DNA from: a virus | DNA: 16,881 bases | Reading direction: 5' to 3' (one strand) | Virus record (IMG/VR): IMGVR_UViG_3300005529_000001 | Span: 1-16,881 of that record | Shown here: positions 13,952 through 16,881 of the stretch, in pieces | Layout of the letters: each line of letters starts with the position of its first letter | Numbering within the stretch: position 1 is the stretch's first letter | The notes under the pieces: generated by a model | Seen by the model: only the letters and a program-made list of their open reading frames with translations | Database searches by the model: none | Told to the model about the DNA's origin: nothing | Translations under genes and position numbers: made by a program

Positions 13952-14022
13952 AGCTGGCGAAGGGATTCGAACCCTCACAGGCCTGCTTACGACGCAGGAG
14001 CCCACCGTTGGGCGACACCAGC
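13952..14022 (-). tRNA. tRNA-Thr(CGU)
   Basis: T-arm aaggg/attcgaa/ccctc. Acceptor has one U-G. Anticodon stem cctgc/gcagg with loop GTCGTAA. Confidence 0.7.
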
Positions 14023-14026
14023 AATC

Positions 14027-14100
14027 ACACGATCTGAGGACTCGAACCTCACCTCCCCTTGCATGCCGGGCAACCCGCCCATGTACGATTCGAACGTACC
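14027..14100 (-). pseudogene. two tandem tRNA 3'-half-like fragments (T-arm plus 3' acceptor strand) without matching 5' acceptor strands
   Basis: Canonical T-arms tgagg/actcgaa/cctca (14035-14051) and gtacg/attcgaa/cgtac (14083-14099). No complementary 7-mer was found within tRNA distance for either. A small 4-bp/3-nt hairpin typical of a variable arm lies between them. Confidence 0.3.
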
Positions 14101-14143
14101 AACAACTAGACGGGGCACATGCACCAGCGCACCCATCGCGTGG

Positions 14144-14215
14144 TCAGGGTGGTGGGACTCGAACCCACGGCCTCGTCCATCCGAGGGACGCCGTCTGCCA
14201 CTGACTTACACCCTG
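14144..14215 (-). tRNA. tRNA-Pro(CGG)
   Basis: T-arm gtggg/actcgaa/cccac. Acceptor cagggtg vs caccctg. Anticodon stem CGTCC/GGACG with loop CTCGGAT. CCA at 14141-14143. Confidence 0.75.
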
Positions 14216-14528
14216 AAATCATCGACCGTCCGATCGCCTCGGCGAGGATATCACCCCTCACACCTGCTCACGTCAGTCACGTTGTTCCGTCACAAGGCTC
14301 AGCAGCTAGCTAGGCCGCCTCAACACCCTGGCGGGAGTTTACCCGCATGCGCTGTTGCTCTGATCGCCGTAAGGCAGCGCACCGTCTTTCCCCCGAATAA
14401 GGAACTGTCTGATCGGAGTACGGACGACGTTACGTTTCCGCGTGCATCGGACCTGACCAGCTCCCGTTGCCAGTGCCTTTCCCCGAGCCAGGGATGGGCT
14501 TTCAGCCACGTGACGGTAGGACGGTCGA
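14216..14528 (-). ncRNA. candidate structured non-coding RNA with RNase P RNA-like sequence patches
   Basis: 313-nt tRNA-free, ORF-poor spacer. Its minus-strand sense contains GGTAAACTCC (identical to a conserved RNase P RNA segment), GAAAGCCCATCC, CACTGGCAACGGGAGC, GGGGGAAAGACGGTGCG and GACGGAAC in the same order as in rnpB. It lacks the P4 GGAAAGTCCGG / ACAGAACCCGGCTTA pairing. A long-range 7-bp pairing GTCACGT / ACGTGAC exists. Confidence 0.3.
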
Positions 14529-14531
14529 TGG

Positions 14532-14607
14532 TCAGCGTAAGAGGATTCGAACCTCCGACCTCGTGCACCCCAAGCACGCGCTCTAAACCAGGCTGAGCTA
14601 TACGCTG
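14532..14607 (-). tRNA. tRNA-Pro(GGG)
   Basis: T-arm agagg/attcgaa/cctcc. Acceptor cagcgta vs tacgctg. Anticodon stem cgtgc/gcacg with loop TTGGGGT. Canonical D-arm. CCA at 14529-14531. Confidence 0.8.
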
Positions 14608-14737
14608 ATACGTTCTTCACAGTCTCCACCTCAGTAGGCGTCAGCCAAACACCGTGAGGTGGGCCGCTCCAGACGCTTCTTCGGGTATTCCCTTAGAGAG
14701 GCGTCAAACCTGAGGAACGCAGAGTCTGTTTGTTTCG

Positions 14738-14810
14738 TGGGAAAGGAGGGACTCGGACCCTCGATCTTCTCCGTGTGAGAGAGCTGTTCTTGCCGCTGAA
14801 CTACATTCCC
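14738..14810 (-). tRNA. tRNA-Val(CAC)
   Basis: T-arm gaggg/actcgga/ccctc. Acceptor has one U-U mismatch. Anticodon loop CTCACAC. Anticodon stem 4 pairs plus a wobble. Confidence 0.55.
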
Positions 14811-14836
14811 GAAGATTGAAGCCTCCTTGGCTTCCG

Positions 14837-14910
14837 TCGGAGCGGTCGGATTTGAACCGACAACATCTTGCACCCAAAGCAAGTGCACTACCGGATTGTG
14901 CTACGCTCCG
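14837..14910 (-). tRNA. tRNA-Pro(UGG)
   Basis: T-arm gtcgg/atttgaa/ccgac. Acceptor CGGAGCG is Pro-like. D-stem GCAC/GTGC. Anticodon stem cttgc/gcaag with loop TTTGGGT (G37). Confidence 0.8.
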
Positions 14911-15104
14911 TTTTTCTGTCTTCTGCCGGGCGTCTCTGCCGGCTTGCCGTTTTCAACCCCTATGGGGGCACGGCAATCGAAACGGCAGCACTCCTGTGGT
15001 AGACGTGAGGCCGCCGACGCTTGAGCGCCGTGGTTCACTTCTGCCTAATAGGATGCTCGACATCATGACGAATGATCTCGTTTCGTTTGTTCGGCTTTCG
15101 CCGG

Positions 15105-15179
15105 TGACCCTGGGGGGATTCGAACCCGCCATTTCCACCGTGAGAGGGTGGCTGCCTTAGCCGTTAGCAAGACAGGGCC
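15105..15179 (-). tRNA. tRNA-Glu(CUC)
   Basis: T-arm ggggg/attcgaa/cccgc has one mismatch. Acceptor has one G-U. Perfect anticodon stem ccacc/ggtgg with loop CTCTCAC. Confidence 0.6.
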
Positions 15180-15249
15180 GTGTAGAACCATACTCTAGGT
15201 GGTGGTCGCCGCTTGTTTCACAACTTTTTGCACTTTTTTCGTGTGTGAA

Positions 15250-15606
15250 TCAAACGGTCTCTTCAAGGTCATCAAGGATGCCGCCCCATTGCGGGTACAC
15301 AGCGTCGACGTCAACGCCCATCTTCCGGAGCTTTTTCTGGTTGCTCCTGATGACCTGACGAGCCCAACGTTTCATGAACGACTGCGAGTGAGCCGAGCTA
15401 GACTCTGTTGACTGGGCGATGATGACCTTGCCGTTGCTGTCCTTGACGGTTGCTGTCAGCTGCCACGTTGCGCTAAGGAACAACGCAATCGTCTTGTCTT
15501 CGATCTCCAGCGTAGCGCTGCCTGGCATCCTCTTTGTCGAGGGAGGCGGGTCTTCGTCGATCAGATCGTCTAGCTCAAGCTCTTCGAAACTTCCGAACCC
15601 ACTCAT
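15250..15606 (-). CDS. hypothetical protein
   Basis: 118-aa ORF with ATG at 15604-15606. The antisense plus-strand ORFs are S-rich low-complexity. Confidence 0.45.
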   Translation of the reverse strand: MSGFGSFEELELDDLIDEDPPPSTKRMPGSATLEIEDKTIALFLSATWQLTATVKDSNGKVIIAQSTESSSAHSQSFMKRWARQVIRSNQKKLRKMGVDVDAVYPQWGGILDDLEETV

Positions 15607-15624
15607 TGTTGTGACCCTTACGTA

Positions 15625-15888
15625 TCAGTTGATCTGAGCGTAACGGTACCACACTTTTCCCTCATCGGTGCTCCAAACCCGGCTGTGACCGGGACTGGCA
15701 CCGAGTTCAGGTGGGATGTTGGGCCATTCAAGAGCAATAGCCCACCGGTTTTCGGTCGGGACAAAAGCACAGTCAGAGACGATCGCGGTGGCATAGCGTT
15801 GCAGGTTGCCACCGACAACGACACGCTCACCCTTCTGGACGGGCGGGTTCATGTCTTTACGGTACCACTGACAGGCACCATCCTTCAC
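15625..15888 (-). CDS. hypothetical protein (GTG start)
   Basis: 87-aa ORF beginning 12 nt after the stop of the upstream gene. Confidence 0.35.
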   Translation of the reverse strand: MKDGACQWYRKDMNPPVQKGERVVVGGNLQRYATAIVSDCAFVPTENRWAIALEWPNIPPELGASPGHSRVWSTDEGKVWYRYAQIN

Positions 15889-15900
15889 TCGACGTTGCCC

Positions 15901-16152
15901 TCAGACAACTTCAAGGAACGCGCCGAAGGCCCAACCCCCGCCGTGAGGGCCCAACACATAGACGCTACCCCCGTCGCTTCTCTCAATCGCGATGACCAAC
16001 GCAACCTCTCGAGTCTCAAGACGGCTGATGCGCCGGGGCAACACATCACCAGCCATTGGCCGTGCGCCGCCCGGAACGCTGAAAAGGTCTATGGGCTCAT
16101 CGAGCCAGCTGACTGGCTTCACCAGCTGGCCTGCTTTGAAGATCCCGCTCAT
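15901..16152 (-). CDS. hypothetical protein
   Basis: 83-aa ORF. ATG at 16150-16152 is preceded by GAGGACGAGG. Confidence 0.4.
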   Translation of the reverse strand: MSGIFKAGQLVKPVSWLDEPIDLFSVPGGARPMAGDVLPRRISRLETREVALVIAIERSDGGSVYVLGPHGGGWAFGAFLEVV

Positions 16153-16354
16153 CCTCGTCCTCGAACATCAGATCAAGTAGGTACATCAGGTGTTCCCCGT
16201 TGTCACCGTCGCCTCCCGACTTGAAACAAAAAGAGTCATTACCCTCTTCGTAGTCAAGCTTTTTGATAGCTTCGTAGATCTTGATTGACCTTGGATCGTG
16301 TGGGACCCCGTTCTCCCAACGCTCGTTGATCCTATCTCTCTTCTTTTTGGTCAC
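16097..16354 (-). CDS. hypothetical protein (GTG start, overlaps both neighbours)
   Basis: 85-aa K/E/D-rich ORF. Overlaps the downstream gene by 56 nt and the upstream gene by 23 nt. Confidence 0.25.
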   Translation of the reverse strand: MTKKKRDRINERWENGVPHDPRSIKIYEAIKKLDYEEGNDSFCFKSGGDGDNGEHLMYLLDLMFEDEDERDLQSRPAGEASQLAR

Positions 16355-16682
16355 GTTGCCCCCTCAACGATCCGAGCATCCACTCCTCAATGGGTAAGTG
16401 CTGGAGCCAACGCTCTAAGGTTGGGATGAAACCAAGGTCTTCGACGACATGATCTTCACCGATGTCACGAACGCTGACACGTTTGCCATCACTGTTGGTG
16501 ATGTTGTGCCCAAACTGCTGCTCCAACAAGAAGATGCCAAAGCTGGAGTGGAGGATGGCACGGTGGCGCATGTCAGGTAGCGCCGACTTCGTCTGGTCAA
16601 ACCAGTCGTGAAGAGCGACGTAGTCTTCGGGTTTGCCGCCCCACTTCTTTGCCGAGTTTTTGGCGTGTTGCCAGGGCTTCAC
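16332..16682 (-). CDS. conserved-looking hypothetical protein
   Basis: 116-aa ORF (…HAKNSAKKWGGKPEDYVALHDWFDQTKS…). GTG start at 16680-16682 overlaps the stop of the upstream small ORF. Confidence 0.45.
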   Translation of the reverse strand: MKPWQHAKNSAKKWGGKPEDYVALHDWFDQTKSALPDMRHRAILHSSFGIFLLEQQFGHNITNSDGKRVSVRDIGEDHVVEDLGFIPTLERWLQHLPIEEWMLGSLRGQRDQKEER

Positions 16683-16870
16683 GTTGCCGCAGGCGGACCG
16701 GGCGGGTCTTTCTTGTTGTCCTGATCGTTTCGCTCATGCGCAAGCGCCAGGTGCAAGATGTGCCACGCTTCCACGCCCTCGGTCAGGATGCGAAGCGAGA
16801 TCCACATGATCGAGATCAGAAAGAGAAGGGACAGCGATTGTTCGCGGTGACCCGAGCAGTTTCCGACCAT
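16679..16870 (-). CDS. small hydrophobic protein
   Basis: 63-aa ORF with one predicted TM-like segment (LSLLFLISIMWISLRIL). Its upstream region is outside the window. Confidence 0.3.
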   Translation of the reverse strand: MVGNCSGHREQSLSLLFLISIMWISLRILTEGVEAWHILHLALAHERNDQDNKKDPPGPPAAT

Positions 16871-16881
16871 GCCAAAGACAA

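Noticed and set aside
15685-16224. Plus-strand 179-aa ORF, and plus-strand ORFs at 15199-15411 and 15419-15637
   Set aside because: These oppose the uniform minus-strand organisation, have low-complexity (S/T/P/R-rich) products and overlap better-supported minus-strand ORFs with SD-like sequences.
1-16881. tmRNA, CRISPR arrays, rRNA, transposase or IS elements
   Set aside because: No tmRNA termini (GGGG...CCACCA with internal tag ORF), no regular direct repeats with spacers, no rRNA-like conserved blocks and no transposase-like ORFs were seen on either strand.

Overview
This window is a dense, almost entirely minus-strand tRNA gene array, with small accessory genes and at least one structured RNA interleaved. 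About 36 tRNAs were identified by hand: minus-strand T-arm signature GGATTCGAACC or a variant, 7-bp acceptor pairing, and the anticodon loop read directly from the sequence. Isoacceptors are partly clustered: Gly x3, Ser x4, Val, Arg, Leu, Thr x3, Pro x4 and others, and several genes encode CCA. The most notable feature is a complete bacterial type-A RNase P RNA gene (rnpB, about 11030-11388, minus strand). It lies immediately 3' of a tRNA-Leu and is followed by a perfect 10-bp terminator hairpin shared with the only plus-strand gene. The protein genes form an RNA- and translation-maintenance toolkit. It includes a PTH2-family peptidyl-tRNA hydrolase, a domain-1-less RF1-like release factor (PrfH-like, GGQ and PxT motifs), a CX5R dual-specificity-phosphatase-like protein and a NADAR domain protein. 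There is also a minimal nucleotidyltransferase, two HNH homing-type endonucleases, a DUF2493/SLOG protein, a secreted GH73-like glucosaminidase, an HExxH protein and several zinc-ribbon proteins. Recurrent cis elements are found around the tRNAs. A T-loop-like hairpin plus an AGGTGAAMG box lies 5' of tRNAs and some genes, and a GGTTACT-type trailer lies 3' of tRNAs. Further anomalies: a type-I tRNA carrying a Leu-type UAG anticodon, tRNA-like 3' fragments, and a second roughly 310-nt non-coding stretch with RNase P-like sequence patches. The context suggests a phage or mobile tRNA-array element, but the host cannot be determined from the sequence alone. All calls are manual; tRNAscan-SE or Infernal and protein searches are needed for confirmation.
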